Part shown: positions 47,597-57,779 of the stretch, in pieces
How positions within the stretch are numbered: the stretch's first letter is position 1
How the letters are laid out: each line of letters starts with the position of its first letter
The notes under the pieces: generated by a model
Seen by the model: only the letters and a program-made list of their open reading frames with translations
What the model was told of the DNA's origin: nothing
Databases searched by the model: none
Assembly (NCBI GenBank): GCA_016929435.1
Contig: JAFGIV010000026.1
Location: forward strand, 30,097-94,096
Source: Candidatus Uhrbacteria bacterium
Lineage (GTDB): Bacteria > Patescibacteriota > Patescibacteriia > SG8-24
DNA: 64,000 bases
Direction: 5' to 3'
Program-made: the position numbers and the translations under genes

Positions 47597-48762
47597 CTTG
47601 CGGAAATGTTCAGCATCGCCTTAACCAAGGGACGGAACTGCTCGTTCCAGTCGAATTCACGGATCACCCGTTCCCGACCGGCCTGCCCCAACCTTTCACC
47701 CAACCCCCGATCGAATACGAACCGACCGATGGCCGACGCCAGTTCGTCCGGACGACCCGGATTTACCAACAGCCCGGTCTCTCCGTGAATGACGGCATCC
47801 GGCACCCCGCCGGATCTGGTTCCGATGACCGGCTTGCCGAAAAGGTTTGCCTCCAGATAGACGATCCCGAATCCCTCGATGTCCGGACCGTTCGACTTGG
47901 GAACCATGACGAACAGGTCAGCGGACGAGTAGGCGGCCGCCAAGTCCTCCGGCGGCAAAACTCCGGCAAAGACCGTCTGTCCGCCTATCCCCCGTTCGTT
48001 GGCCAGCCTTTCCAGGCGTAACCGGTCCGGACCCTCTCCGACCACCAAATACCGGAAACCAACGCCTTTTGAGGCCAGTTTGGATAGGGCAATGATCACG
48101 TCGTCAAAGCCCTTTCGGCGAACCAGTCGTCCGGCGGACATTACCGTAAGGATCCGGTCCGACAGGCCGAACCTCTCCCTCAACCTGGCGACAGCCCCCT
48201 CACTCGGGCGGTAATCCACCGGAAACCCCGATGGGGGGTGAATAATCATGGTTTTGGACCTGTCGGCGCCCAGCGACCCGGCCAAACCAGCCGTCAGTCG
48301 GCTGTTGACAACGACCAAATCGGCACCCCTAAGGACAGCGGATGCCTGACGTCGCTTTAGGCCGCGGGACTTAAGGGCCAAGGCCGCATCCATCCCGTGC
48401 AGGATGACGCAATACGGAATTCCCCTAAGACGCTTCAGGCGCCAGGCCGGCAACCCCATGGGCAAGAGGTGGCTAACGATGACGGCGGGGGGAAACCCTG
48501 CCTTCCGCCCGAAACGCTCCGTGTGGAATATGCCTGAAAACCAACGGGGACGGACCCAATCGGACAGGAGGCTGCGGCGGTATATGGGAATCGGCGACTC
48601 CATATCCGCCTTATGCGTCTCGATCTCCAGTTCCCTGGGCGGTTTCTGGGCCATGACCTGAATCGTTCCTTCAGGGAAACATCCGGCCAGCCGGGAAAGG
48701 TACGTGGCGATGCCGCCTATCTGTGGCGGATATTCCAGGGTCAAGAGCAGGATTGGCGTCAT
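47593..48762 (-). CDS. GT4 family glycosyltransferase (glycosyl transferase group 1)
   Basis: C-terminal EGFGIVYLEANLFGKPVIGTRSGGVPDAV...GETGLLV motif. Confidence 0.85.
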   Translation of the reverse strand: MTPILLLTLEYPPQIGGIATYLSRLAGCFPEGTIQVMAQKPPRELEIETHKADMESPIPIYRRSLLSDWVRPRWFSGIFHTERFGRKAGFPPAVIVSHLLPMGLPAWRLKRLRGIPYCVILHGMDAALALKSRGLKRRQASAVLRGADLVVVNSRLTAGLAGSLGADRSKTMIIHPPSGFPVDYRPSEGAVARLRERFGLSDRILTVMSAGRLVRRKGFDDVIIALSKLASKGVGFRYLVVGEGPDRLRLERLANERGIGGQTVFAGVLPPEDLAAAYSSADLFVMVPKSNGPDIEGFGIVYLEANLFGKPVIGTRSGGVPDAVIHGETGLLVNPGRPDELASAIGRFVFDRGLGERLGQAGRERVIREFDWNEQFRPLVKAMLNISAR

Positions 48763-50309
48763 ATCGGCAGGTCACTTACCGCTTTTCCGCGGTGCCCAAG
48801 GACAGAGACCAGTGACCTGGCCTCCCTCCAGGTCACTGCCCGAAGGGCCAGGATGGCCGACGGGTAGGCGGCCACGCCGATGGCGACCAGGGCCGGCAGC
48901 GGCAGATGTCCCTCTCCCAAACGCACCAAACCGCCCATCAGAACCGAGGCAGCGACTATTCTCCAGGCGCTGTTCAGTATCCTGAGCGTTTCTACCGGCA
49001 CTACCCGGTATCCGGAAACGGTTAGGGCGGCGAAAAACAGCAGGGCATTACTGGCCACCGAAGCCCAAGCCGCCCCGACTGCCCCCAAATCCGGCAGGAG
49101 TATGGCGTTCAGCGCCACGTTCAGGACCATGGTTGCCCCCATGACGGCCGTATTCTCCCTTTGCCGATCGGCGGCGTTCAGGAGCGAACCGACCGGCCAG
49201 TACAGGAAGGCGAAAACCAGGGAAAAAATCAGGACCTGAAGCGGCCGAATCGCCCCGTCAAAACCCGGACCGTAAATCGTCCGGATGAGCGGTCCGGCCA
49301 GGACGAAAATTCCGGTAACGATCGGGGCCGCAACCAACAGCAGGTATTTCACGGAAGCGGTCAACAGGCCGGGGAGACGGTCCCTTTCCCTGACGCAGGC
49401 GGCGCTCATGGCCGGATACATGGCGGCGGCAAAGGCCATGGCCAGACACTGGAAGGAGAAGGTGATCTTGTACCCCACACCGTAGGACCCGACCGCCGCG
49501 TCGTCCGCCAGCTTGGAAAGCATGATCGAATCGATGTATGAATATACCCGGGCAAAGATTCCGGCCAAGGCGAACGGAATGGTGACGCCCCAGAAAAAAC
49601 GCAGTACCTGCCGATCCCAACTGAAACGCAGGGGCTCAAGGCCAAAATGCCTCTTCAGGTTAACGAATGCCCAAATTCCATTCCAGACGGTATTCAACAG
49701 GAGGGCCACCACCAGCCACGGCAGGGACATCCCCATGAGAACGAACATCCCCCCAAAAGCCAAGGATACCGCCTGACCCACGACAACCCCAACGGCCTCG
49801 TATTTCAGGTTCTGCCGCCCGCGCATCACCCCATACCAAGCCAAATTCAGCGTGTCGACCGACATGACCAGTGAGGCAATCAGGATCATGAGCCTGGTTT
49901 CCCCGGGATAGGCCATGACCCAGGCAATGCCGTTGGTCAGGGCAAAGACGATTCCCGACATGGCGGCCTTTACCCCCATGGCCACGGCCAGGAGCTTTTG
50001 GGCGTCTTCCGGCCGCTTGGCCGTTTCCCGGATAATGACGTTGGACAGTCCCAAATCCAGAAATACGGCAAAAACGGTGGCGAACGAGACGGCCAAAAAA
50101 TACCGGCCAGCCCCCTCCACCCCAAACGACCTGGCCACAATCGCAAAATACACGAAGGCCAACACCTTCTGTCCGATGAAGGCGGTCATCAGGTAAGCGG
50201 TATTCTTGGCGACTTTATGTTCGGACATTTGGGGTAGGATACGGGACATCGCTATGTCATGTATTGTAAGGCCTATTTTCCACTCTGGCAATCGGGTATC
50301 CGCAAACAA
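48759..50309 (-). CDS. Polysaccharide/oligosaccharide flippase (MOP superfamily, Wzx-like)
   Basis: About 14 TM helices with the Wzx-like length and hydropathy pattern. Start overlaps the GT4 gene. Confidence 0.7.
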   Translation of the reverse strand: MFADTRLPEWKIGLTIHDIAMSRILPQMSEHKVAKNTAYLMTAFIGQKVLAFVYFAIVARSFGVEGAGRYFLAVSFATVFAVFLDLGLSNVIIRETAKRPEDAQKLLAVAMGVKAAMSGIVFALTNGIAWVMAYPGETRLMILIASLVMSVDTLNLAWYGVMRGRQNLKYEAVGVVVGQAVSLAFGGMFVLMGMSLPWLVVALLLNTVWNGIWAFVNLKRHFGLEPLRFSWDRQVLRFFWGVTIPFALAGIFARVYSYIDSIMLSKLADDAAVGSYGVGYKITFSFQCLAMAFAAAMYPAMSAACVRERDRLPGLLTASVKYLLLVAAPIVTGIFVLAGPLIRTIYGPGFDGAIRPLQVLIFSLVFAFLYWPVGSLLNAADRQRENTAVMGATMVLNVALNAILLPDLGAVGAAWASVASNALLFFAALTVSGYRVVPVETLRILNSAWRIVAASVLMGGLVRLGEGHLPLPALVAIGVAAYPSAILALRAVTWREARSLVSVLGHRGKAVSDLPI

Positions 50310-50357
50310 AGGACCGCCCCGTTTCCGGGACGGCCCTCATGTGCCTGAATCGACGGC

Positions 50358-50870
50358 CTACCGTTTTGCCCACTGCGGGGCGCGACGGGCACGCTTGAGA
50401 CCCGGCTTCTTCCTTTCCTTTTCCCGGGCGTCCCGGGTCAGGAACCCCAGCTTCTTGATGGCCTTGCGGAGCTCCGGATCCAGCTTGATCAGGGCCCGGG
50501 ACAGCCCCATGCGGGCCGCTTCAGACTGTCCCGTCAGGCCACCTCCGGCAATCCGGAAATCGACATCCACCTTACCGTCCAGACCGGCCGATTTCAGGGG
50601 ATCAACCAGGCAGCTGCACTGTTCACTGGTCACGAAATACTGGTCATGTTTCTTCCCGTTGACCGTCAGCTCCCCTTTTCCGGACGGATACAGGCGGGTC
50701 TGGGCCGAAGATCGCTTGCGTCTCCCAAGGGCATAGATGTAATTACCCGGGCGAATCCCGATCTCCGCCTTTTCCTTTACGGACTTTTTCGTTGCCTTTG
50801 GCTTGGGCTCAACCTTCCGGACCGGCTTTTTGGTCTCGTTGGTATCGGCTGTATTGTTCGTAACCGTCAT
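50358..50870 (-). CDS. rpsI: 30S ribosomal protein S9 with N-terminal Lys/Thr-rich extension
   Basis: C-terminal GGGLTGQSEAARMGLSRALI...RDAREKERKKPGLKRARRAPQWAKR. Confidence 0.92.
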   Translation of the reverse strand: MTVTNNTADTNETKKPVRKVEPKPKATKKSVKEKAEIGIRPGNYIYALGRRKRSSAQTRLYPSGKGELTVNGKKHDQYFVTSEQCSCLVDPLKSAGLDGKVDVDFRIAGGGLTGQSEAARMGLSRALIKLDPELRKAIKKLGFLTRDAREKERKKPGLKRARRAPQWAKR

Positions 50871-50871
50871 A

Positions 50872-51240
50872 TCAGTCCTTGTGTATGATGAGTCTCTTCA
50901 TCCGTCCCTGACGGAGTCGGTTTTCCGGCAGCATGCTCCTGACGGCCCTTCGCAGGGCCTCCCCCGGATCCTTGGCGATCACGTCCTTCAGGGCGGTCTT
51001 CCTCATGCCGCCCGGGTAGCCGCTGTACCGGTAATAAAACTTGCCTTCCAGCTTGTTGCCGGTAACCTTCATCCTGGCCGAATTTCTGATCTCGACAAAA
51101 TCTCCGTGATCAACGTTCGGTTCGTATGTCGGCTTGCTCTTTCCCTGCAGGATGGAGGCCACCTCACTGGCCAACCGGCCAATCGGCCGGTCTGCCCCGT
51201 CGATAACCTTCCTGTCCCTGATGATTTTGGTCTTCGTCAT
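50872..51240 (-). CDS. rplM: 50S ribosomal protein L13
   Basis: KTKIIRDRKVIDGADRPIGRLASEVASILQGK... Confidence 0.92.
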   Translation of the reverse strand: MTKTKIIRDRKVIDGADRPIGRLASEVASILQGKSKPTYEPNVDHGDFVEIRNSARMKVTGNKLEGKFYYRYSGYPGGMRKTALKDVIAKDPGEALRRAVRSMLPENRLRQGRMKRLIIHKD

Positions 51241-51251
51241 AGGAATCGAAT

Positions 51252-51602
51252 TTAGACCAACTCAAGCTGAACCATCACGGCCCCATCCCCCTGTCGCTGA
51301 CCCAACTTGGTTATCCTGGTATAGCCCCCCTGACGATTCTTGTAACGGGGTCCGACTTCCTCAATCAGCTTACGGACGGCGTTTTCGCCGTAGGTCCTGG
51401 AGGACAGGCGACGCCTGTCAGTGACCGTGCCGCCCTTACTGACGGTAATCAGCCGCTCCACGATCGGGCGGACGGCCTTGGCCTTGGCCTCGGTGGTCCG
51501 AACCTTCTCGTATAAGATGACGCTGGTAGCCAAACCCCGCAGCAGCGCCTCTCGCGGCGCCTTTTTCCGGTCTAGAATCTTGCCGGTCTTACGGTGACGC
51601 AT
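51252..51602 (-). CDS. rplQ: 50S ribosomal protein L17
   Basis: MRHRKTGKILDRKKAPREALLRGL... TEAKAKAVRP. Confidence 0.92.
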   Translation of the reverse strand: MRHRKTGKILDRKKAPREALLRGLATSVILYEKVRTTEAKAKAVRPIVERLITVSKGGTVTDRRRLSSRTYGENAVRKLIEEVGPRYKNRQGGYTRITKLGQRQGDGAVMVQLELV

Positions 51603-51651
51603 ACGGGTTCAATCATTTAGATCGATTATCTGTAAATTGATGGAATTGCGA

Positions 51652-52524
51652 CTATTTGGTTTTTTTTGCGGATGACTTGGCTGTCGCGGCCTTTCGTCCC
51701 CGCTTCTTTGGGGCTTCCTCCCCTGCCCCATCCGCCTCATCCGAATCACCAACCGTCGTTTCCTCGTTTTCCGCTGTCCCATCCTCGGACGGGACATCGA
51801 AAGTCCGGGTGCCGCCGCGGGTCAGGACGGAATTGAACTGGTCCAAAAGTATCTGGACAGAACTGTCCACGGCCTCAACCGGGCTGACGGTTCCGTCGGT
51901 CGTGATGTCCATGATCAGGCGGTCGTAATTGGTGATCCGACCGACACGGGTATTCTCCACCCGATACCCCACCTCCTTCACCGGGGAGTACAGGGCATCA
52001 ATGGCAATCAGGCCGAGTTCGGACTTGTCCCGATCGCGTTCCTCGGTAGTGACGTAACCGCGACCGGTCCCGACCACCAACTCCATCTCCAGCTCGCCTT
52101 TCTTGTCGGTAACGGTGGCGATCACCAGATCCGGATTGGTTATCTCGATATCGGAATTCGGCTCGATGTCCGAGGCCCTGACCGGACCCTCACCCTTGGC
52201 CGTAAGCCTGAGGCGAACCGGTTCCGCACTGTGGCAACGGAGACGAAGCTGCTTGAGGTTAAGGATTATGTCCAGAACGTCCTCCTGGACATTCGGGACG
52301 GACATGAACTCGTGCTGAACCCCCTTGATCTTTACGGCCGTCACCGCCGCTCCCGGCAGGGAGGACAGGAGAACCCGCCGCAAGGCATTCCCCAAGGTGG
52401 TGCCGTATCCGTACCAACACGGTTCAATGACCAGGGTGGCGTGACGGTCGTCCTTACCGGGGATGATTTCTATTTTGTCGGGAAGAAGGATGCCTTCCAT
52501 ATTTTTTATGGCGACGGATGCCAC
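51652..52524 (-). CDS. rpoA: DNA-directed RNA polymerase alpha subunit (N-terminal domain only; acidic/basic tail in place of the alpha-CTD)
   Basis: The NTD dimerisation and beta/beta'-binding region is conserved. The last ~60 aa are Asp/Glu-rich then Lys-rich, with no helix-hairpin-helix CTD signature. Confidence 0.85.
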   Translation of the reverse strand: MASVAIKNMEGILLPDKIEIIPGKDDRHATLVIEPCWYGYGTTLGNALRRVLLSSLPGAAVTAVKIKGVQHEFMSVPNVQEDVLDIILNLKQLRLRCHSAEPVRLRLTAKGEGPVRASDIEPNSDIEITNPDLVIATVTDKKGELEMELVVGTGRGYVTTEERDRDKSELGLIAIDALYSPVKEVGYRVENTRVGRITNYDRLIMDITTDGTVSPVEAVDSSVQILLDQFNSVLTRGGTRTFDVPSEDGTAENEETTVGDSDEADGAGEEAPKKRGRKAATAKSSAKKTK

Positions 52525-52569
52525 TACGGCCGCCGACGCGATAACGTTTCTTATCTCGAATCCATTGAC

Positions 52570-53202
52570 TTATCTCGAATAGAACTCGACGATCAGGGTC
52601 GGGTCAAAATTCCGCTTAAGGTCATCCCCCTGGGGACGGTTAAGGACCTTTCCTGTCCGTTCCTGGGCATCCAAAAGAAGCCATGACGGCGCCTGGTGCC
52701 TAACGAGACGACCAGTCTCCTCTTCCGACAAAATCTTGGACTTCGCCGCCCGATCGGACAGGCTGATCAGGCTACCCGGCTTGACCTGACAGGAGGCAAT
52801 GTTGACCTTCCGTCCATTGACTCGAATAAGGCCGTGACTGACCATCTGCCGGGCCTTCGGGCGGGAAATGGCCAACCCTAACCGATAGACGATGTTGTCA
52901 AGGCGCATCTCCAGCATTTCCACCAGGCGGGCGGCCGTATTGCCGCGGGAACGTTTGGCCTTGTCGAAATAGATGCGGAACTGCCTTTCCTGGACACCGT
53001 AGGTCTCCTTGGCCTTCTGCTTCTCCCGAAGCTGCTTTCCGTAGGACGTCTGGCGGACCCGGGAATTCGGACCGTGGACACCGGGACGGTAGCTGCGCTT
53101 GAGGAAGGGACATTTTGCGGTCGAGCACTTGTCGCCCTTGCGGAAAAGCTTTTCCCCCTCCCGGCGACAGGCCTTGCATTTCGATTCTGTTCTGATTGAC
53201 AT
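52570..53202 (-). CDS. rpsD: 30S ribosomal protein S4
   Basis: N-terminal Zn-ribbon Cys pattern (CKACRREGEKLF..KCSTAKC) and an S4 domain. Confidence 0.92.
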   Translation of the reverse strand: MSIRTESKCKACRREGEKLFRKGDKCSTAKCPFLKRSYRPGVHGPNSRVRQTSYGKQLREKQKAKETYGVQERQFRIYFDKAKRSRGNTAARLVEMLEMRLDNIVYRLGLAISRPKARQMVSHGLIRVNGRKVNIASCQVKPGSLISLSDRAAKSKILSEEETGRLVRHQAPSWLLLDAQERTGKVLNRPQGDDLKRNFDPTLIVEFYSR

Positions 53203-53214
53203 AGTCTTTCCGGT

Positions 53215-53733
53215 CTAGATTCGCCGCGGTTTAGGCGGGCGGCAACCGTTATGGGGAATCGGGGTAACGTCCTTGATGGCCATGACGCTGATCCCGTTGG
53301 CGTGCAGGGCCCGGACCGCCGCCTCCCGCCCGGAACCGATACCGCTGACAAAGGCGTTAACCTCCCGCAATCCGGTCGGACGGACCTTATCAACCGCATC
53401 CTTGACGATCATGCCGGCCGCATAGGGAGTGGATTTTTTAGGGCCCTTGAATCCCACCGCCCCGGCGCTGGACCAGGACAGGACATTGCCGTTCTGGTCG
53501 GTCAGGGTAACGATGGTGTTGTTGTAGGTGGCGTGGACATAGACCCGTCCAACGGACACCTGTCGGACGCTCTTGCCCTTTTTTCCCCGACCCTTGGTTC
53601 CGGCGGAACGGGCTCCCGGCTTCTTGGCCGCAACGGCCGCCGGTTTTGGGGCTTTTTCCGAAACAGCGGATTCCCCGCCGCCTACGGTCATCTCCTTATC
53701 CTTATCCTTATCCTTGTCGCTCTCGTTTGCCAT
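53215..53733 (-). CDS. rpsK: 30S ribosomal protein S11 with N-terminal extension
   Basis: [30 protein letters not shown] ... core. Confidence 0.9.
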   Translation of the reverse strand: MANESDKDKDKDKEMTVGGGESAVSEKAPKPAAVAAKKPGARSAGTKGRGKKGKSVRQVSVGRVYVHATYNNTIVTLTDQNGNVLSWSSAGAVGFKGPKKSTPYAAGMIVKDAVDKVRPTGLREVNAFVSGIGSGREAAVRALHANGISVMAIKDVTPIPHNGCRPPKPRRI

Positions 53734-53734
53734 A

Positions 53735-54118
53735 TTAGGTCTTGGTCAGCTTGGTGCGCCCGGACCCCATGGTTCGTCGAACGTTGCCGCGAACGGTCCG
53801 GGAGTTTGTCTTTGTCCTCTGGCCGCGCGACGGCAAGCCCCGGGCGTGGCGATACCCGCGATAGGAATTGATCTCCTTCAGACGCTTGACGTTGGCCTGA
53901 ATGTCGCGACGAAGTTCCCCCTCGATGCGGTAGTTCTTTTCTATCTCTTCCCTAAGGGAGTTGACTTCGGCTGCCGAGAGGTCATTGGATTTGGTGTCCT
54001 TGCCTATTCCGACCTTATCCAGGATTTTGTTGGCGCGGGCGCGCCCGATCCCGTGGACGTAGGTCAAAGCGATCTCAATGCGCTTGTTGGGCAAGTTGAT
54101 GCCTGCGATACGAGCCAT
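53735..54118 (-). CDS. rpsM: 30S ribosomal protein S13
   Basis: [29 protein letters not shown]... Confidence 0.92.
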   Translation of the reverse strand: MARIAGINLPNKRIEIALTYVHGIGRARANKILDKVGIGKDTKSNDLSAAEVNSLREEIEKNYRIEGELRRDIQANVKRLKEINSYRGYRHARGLPSRGQRTKTNSRTVRGNVRRTMGSGRTKLTKT

Positions 54119-54123
54119 AGTCT

Positions 54124-54237
54124 TTAGCCTTGACGCTGCTTATGCTTGGGATTGCTGCAGATCACGCGCACGCGATTGAAACGCCGCACGACCTTGCAGT
54201 TCCGGCAGATTTTCTTTACGGAAGCCCTGACTTTCAT
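54124..54237 (-). CDS. rpmJ: 50S ribosomal protein L36
   Basis: Translated by hand: [37 protein letters not shown]. Absent from the track because it is 37 aa. Confidence 0.85.
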   Translation of the reverse strand: MKVRASVKKICRNCKVVRRFNRVRVICSNPKHKQRQG

Positions 54238-54376
54238 GTTATTCGACGGACGCCGGGCGGGCGCCTGATTACTGCTTAGTTTATTTCCTTGCCGTCATTG
54301 GGCTGACGGCAGCGGGCAACAACCGGGGGGATTTGTCCGCTACCCAAGCCCATGGAAGGCATCTGACGCGATTCAG

Positions 54377-54673
54377 TCAGTAACGATACACGATTCGGCC
54401 CTTGGTCAGGTCATAGGGGGTCAACTCCACCTTAATCTCATCCCCTGGAAGCAGCCGAATCCTGTTCATCCGCATCCGACCGGACAGGTGTCCTATGATC
54501 TCCTGACCGTTCTCCAGCTTGATGCGGAAACTTGTGGCCGGAAGGCATTCCTGGACCACCCCGCCGATCTCAATTACCGTCTTGGAGGCGTCTTCGACCA
54601 CCGGTGCGGTTTCGGTCTTGTGTTTTTTCTTCTTGTTGTGGGTCCAAACCTTGTTTCGGTACCGTGCGACCAT
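54377..54673 (-). CDS. infA: Translation initiation factor IF-1
   Basis: S1-like OB fold ([66 protein letters not shown]). Has an N-terminal basic extension; the true start may be internal. Confidence 0.85.
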   Translation of the reverse strand: MVARYRNKVWTHNKKKKHKTETAPVVEDASKTVIEIGGVVQECLPATSFRIKLENGQEIIGHLSGRMRMNRIRLLPGDEIKVELTPYDLTKGRIVYRY

Positions 54674-54775
54674 GTGATTGGATGGGTTACTTGGCCTTTA
54701 CAACGCAATAAATACGGCCAAAGCCGATTGCCTTATTTTTAGCGCATATTACCGAACTTGTCAAATCCGCCGGTC

Positions 54776-56659
54776 TCATCCGATTTCCGCCTTAATCCTC
54801 CGAACCCCCGATGATGAGGCTTCCTCCTTTTTTAGGCGAAAACTGCCGATTTCCGCGGTGTTTTTGACATGGGGGCCGGAACAGATCTCACGGGAGAAAT
54901 AGTCGTCGTCCGACCGACCGATCGTATAGACCTTCACCTGGTTGCCCAATTCGGCATACTTATCCGCAAACAGCCCGATGGCCCCGCTGGCCCTGGCCTC
55001 ATCAACGTCCATCATCCGAAAGCTGACCGGCAGACCGGCCTGAATCTGCCCGTTCACCAGGTCCTCCACCCTTTTTTTCTGCTCCTCGGTCATCTTTTCG
55101 GGGTGGGAGAAATCGAACCGCAACCGTTCGGCCGTGATGTTCGACCCCTTCTGTTCGACATGGTTTCCCAAAACCTGCCGCAGGGCCTGGTGCAGGAGAT
55201 GCGTGGCCGTATGCAGCCTGATCACCCGTTCGGAATGGTCGGCCAGCCCGCTGCCGAACTTCCGATCCGCCCCGGCCCGCGATGTCTCTTGGTGCCGCCT
55301 CATCTCCGCATCCCATTCCTCTCTATTCACTTTCCGTCCCGTAACCTCCTCCGTCATTTCCATCGGGAAACCGAAAGATTCGTAATAATAGAACGCGTCT
55401 CGGCCGGAAATTTCGCCTTCAACTTTCAGAAACTCGTAAAGGCCGTATTTCCTGCCTATTTCTTTCAGTCCCCTTTCCAGCGTTTGGGCGAACTTTTCCT
55501 CTTCGGCCTTCAGTCCATTCAGAATCCGGCTGCTGTTGACCTCCAGCTCCGGATATTGCGACGAATACGATTCAATGACCGTCTCTGCCAAACCCCCGAG
55601 AAAACCGCCTGAAATGCCTATTTTCTTCCCATACTGCACGGCCCGACGGATAAGCCGGCGCACGACATAGCCTTGCTCAACATTGGACGGCATCACCCCG
55701 CGCTGATCGCCCATGATGAAAGTCGCGGCACGGATGTGGTCAGAGATAATCCTCATGGCGCGCTGCGTATGGTTGTTGGGAAGAGATGATCTCGGAAAAT
55801 CATTACCATACGACTTGCCGGAAAACTCTTCGATTTTTTCAATGATGGGACTGAACAAGTCGGTCTCAAAAACGGTTTTGGCACCCTGCATCACCATGGC
55901 AATCCTCTCCAATCCCATGCCGGTATCGACATTTCGCTGCTTCAGTGGCTCAAAGCGTCCGTCAGCGGTCTTACCGTATTGCATGAAGACGTTGTTCCAT
56001 ATCTCGACGTAACGGCCGCAGGAACAGGACGGTTGACAGTCCCCTTCCCGGAGACCGTCGCCCAAATGCCTTTTCGGATCGTCGTATCCGGCGATGTCGT
56101 AATAAATCTCCGTATCCGGTCCGCAGGGGCCGGTCTGGCCTGCCGGGCCCCACCAGTTGTCCTTCTTGCCGTAAGGAAAGATTCGTTCGTTGATTTTTGC
56201 CTCGATTCCGGACCGGGCAAACTGTTCGGACCAAATCTTGATGGCCTCCCCGTCTTGGGGGGCATCAGCGTCACCGGCAAAGACGGTAACGCGTATCCTC
56301 TTCGGATCCAAGCCAAGCCATTTCTCGTCGGTCAGAAACTCCCAGCTCCAGGCGATCGCCTCCTTCTTGAAATAATCCCCCAAAGACCAGTTGCCGAGCA
56401 TCTCGAAAAAGGTCAGGTGGCGGTTGTCCCCGACATCGTCTATGTCCCCGGTCCGAATGCATTTCTGGACACCGGTCAGGCGATTTCCTGACGGGTGCGG
56501 CTCACCCAAAAGATACGGCACGAGCGAATGCATGCCGGCGGTCGTGAACAGCACGGTCGGGTCGTTTTCCGGAATCAAAGAAGCGGAGGGAATCTCGATA
56601 TGGCCTTTCGAGACGAAAAACTCGACGTATTTTTTCCGAATTTCTGATGAGGTAATCAT
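54776..56659 (-). CDS. alaS: Alanyl-tRNA synthetase, short form (catalytic, tRNA-recognition and editing domains; no C-Ala domain)
   Basis: Class II AlaRS core, editing-domain HxxxH (HTATHLLHQAL) ... CSGPH. Length is 627 aa. Confidence 0.85.
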   Translation of the reverse strand: MITSSEIRKKYVEFFVSKGHIEIPSASLIPENDPTVLFTTAGMHSLVPYLLGEPHPSGNRLTGVQKCIRTGDIDDVGDNRHLTFFEMLGNWSLGDYFKKEAIAWSWEFLTDEKWLGLDPKRIRVTVFAGDADAPQDGEAIKIWSEQFARSGIEAKINERIFPYGKKDNWWGPAGQTGPCGPDTEIYYDIAGYDDPKRHLGDGLREGDCQPSCSCGRYVEIWNNVFMQYGKTADGRFEPLKQRNVDTGMGLERIAMVMQGAKTVFETDLFSPIIEKIEEFSGKSYGNDFPRSSLPNNHTQRAMRIISDHIRAATFIMGDQRGVMPSNVEQGYVVRRLIRRAVQYGKKIGISGGFLGGLAETVIESYSSQYPELEVNSSRILNGLKAEEEKFAQTLERGLKEIGRKYGLYEFLKVEGEISGRDAFYYYESFGFPMEMTEEVTGRKVNREEWDAEMRRHQETSRAGADRKFGSGLADHSERVIRLHTATHLLHQALRQVLGNHVEQKGSNITAERLRFDFSHPEKMTEEQKKRVEDLVNGQIQAGLPVSFRMMDVDEARASGAIGLFADKYAELGNQVKVYTIGRSDDDYFSREICSGPHVKNTAEIGSFRLKKEEASSSGVRRIKAEIG

Positions 56660-56693
56660 AGTGCCGAAAGGATTCCGGCGGACTGAACGTTGT

Positions 56694-57371
56694 CTATTTG
56701 CACAGCCCGGTCTGATTGCCGAAACAGCGCCAGGCCGAATCCGAATCGTTCAGGATAACCGTGAAGTTCGGCTCAAAATAGCGGATTGTCTCCTCGATCT
56801 GGGCCCTGATCCGCGGATCATCGCAGGTTCCGGCGGACATGACGCTTCCCTCCATCCTTATCTCCACCCCGGCCGAACCGGTGGTATAGGCCCTGTCGGA
56901 AACCTTAAGGGTGGATTCGGCCAGGGAGTTATGGAGTCCGCCGTAGGTGGCGTCGTTCAGGCCAAACAGGGTATTCAGCGCATCGATGACCACCTGTCCC
57001 GAATCGGTCAGGCGACTGACCTTGATGAAGGCGACGCGATCGTTACAGCCTATGGTCGGTCCGAGCGTCACGCCGTCAGGCACCGCCGACCCCTCCGTCA
57101 CGATCATGGCAACGGTAACGTAGTTGCTTTCCGCCTCTTCCTCACGGTGCTGGCGGGCCTGCTCGCCGTCAGTCAACCGTACGGCCTGCTCATAGGCACC
57201 GATCGGGATGCCGATCGTCCGGTCGACCGTGGATTGGATGTCCTCGTCAACCTCCCTGATGCAGCCGCCGCCGGTCAGGATTACCGCAATCGCCACGGAA
57301 GGCAGCAGGAAAAAATGTCTTTTGCTCATCGTCATATACGGAATGATAGCGCAAGGGCATGACTTTGGCAA
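56694..57371 (-). CDS. Secreted/lipoprotein-like hypothetical protein
   Basis: Signal peptide with Cys after LTGGG. No catalytic motifs recognised. Confidence 0.35.
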   Translation of the reverse strand: MPKSCPCAIIPYMTMSKRHFFLLPSVAIAVILTGGGCIREVDEDIQSTVDRTIGIPIGAYEQAVRLTDGEQARQHREEEAESNYVTVAMIVTEGSAVPDGVTLGPTIGCNDRVAFIKVSRLTDSGQVVIDALNTLFGLNDATYGGLHNSLAESTLKVSDRAYTTGSAGVEIRMEGSVMSAGTCDDPRIRAQIEETIRYFEPNFTVILNDSDSAWRCFGNQTGLCK

Positions 57372-57419
57372 CAGAAAACCGGGTCCCGTGACCCGGTATT
57401 AGACCTGACAAGAACGAAC

Positions 57420-57692
57420 TCACTTCCTCTTTTTCCTTGCCGTTCTCCCTGCCACCGCAAACATGTAAAGGGAAGCGACAATTGACAGTCCAGCCACAGA
57501 CCAACAAGACAAAAAGATCTCGAAACGAACTGCGGCATTGGCAATCGCAGCCATAATGGCCGCGAACAGCAGTCCGCACCATGACCAGTATCCGAAACTC
57601 CTTTCCAGTCTCCCCGGATATTGGCTGAGGTATTTCCCCCAAAAAATCGTGGCCGCTACAAAAAAAACCAACGCATTCAACGCATTCACCAT
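57420..57692 (-). CDS. Small membrane protein (hypothetical)
   Basis: 90 aa with three TM helices. Confidence 0.3.
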   Translation of the reverse strand: MVNALNALVFFVAATIFWGKYLSQYPGRLERSFGYWSWCGLLFAAIMAAIANAAVRFEIFLSCWSVAGLSIVASLYMFAVAGRTARKKRK

Positions 57693-57779
57693 TTTACTTC
57701 CCCCTTTTCTTTCTTTTCTCTCTTTGGTTTTCGGGAAACACGGCTAAAGGATAGCGCATTCTTGACGAACGGTCAAGAC

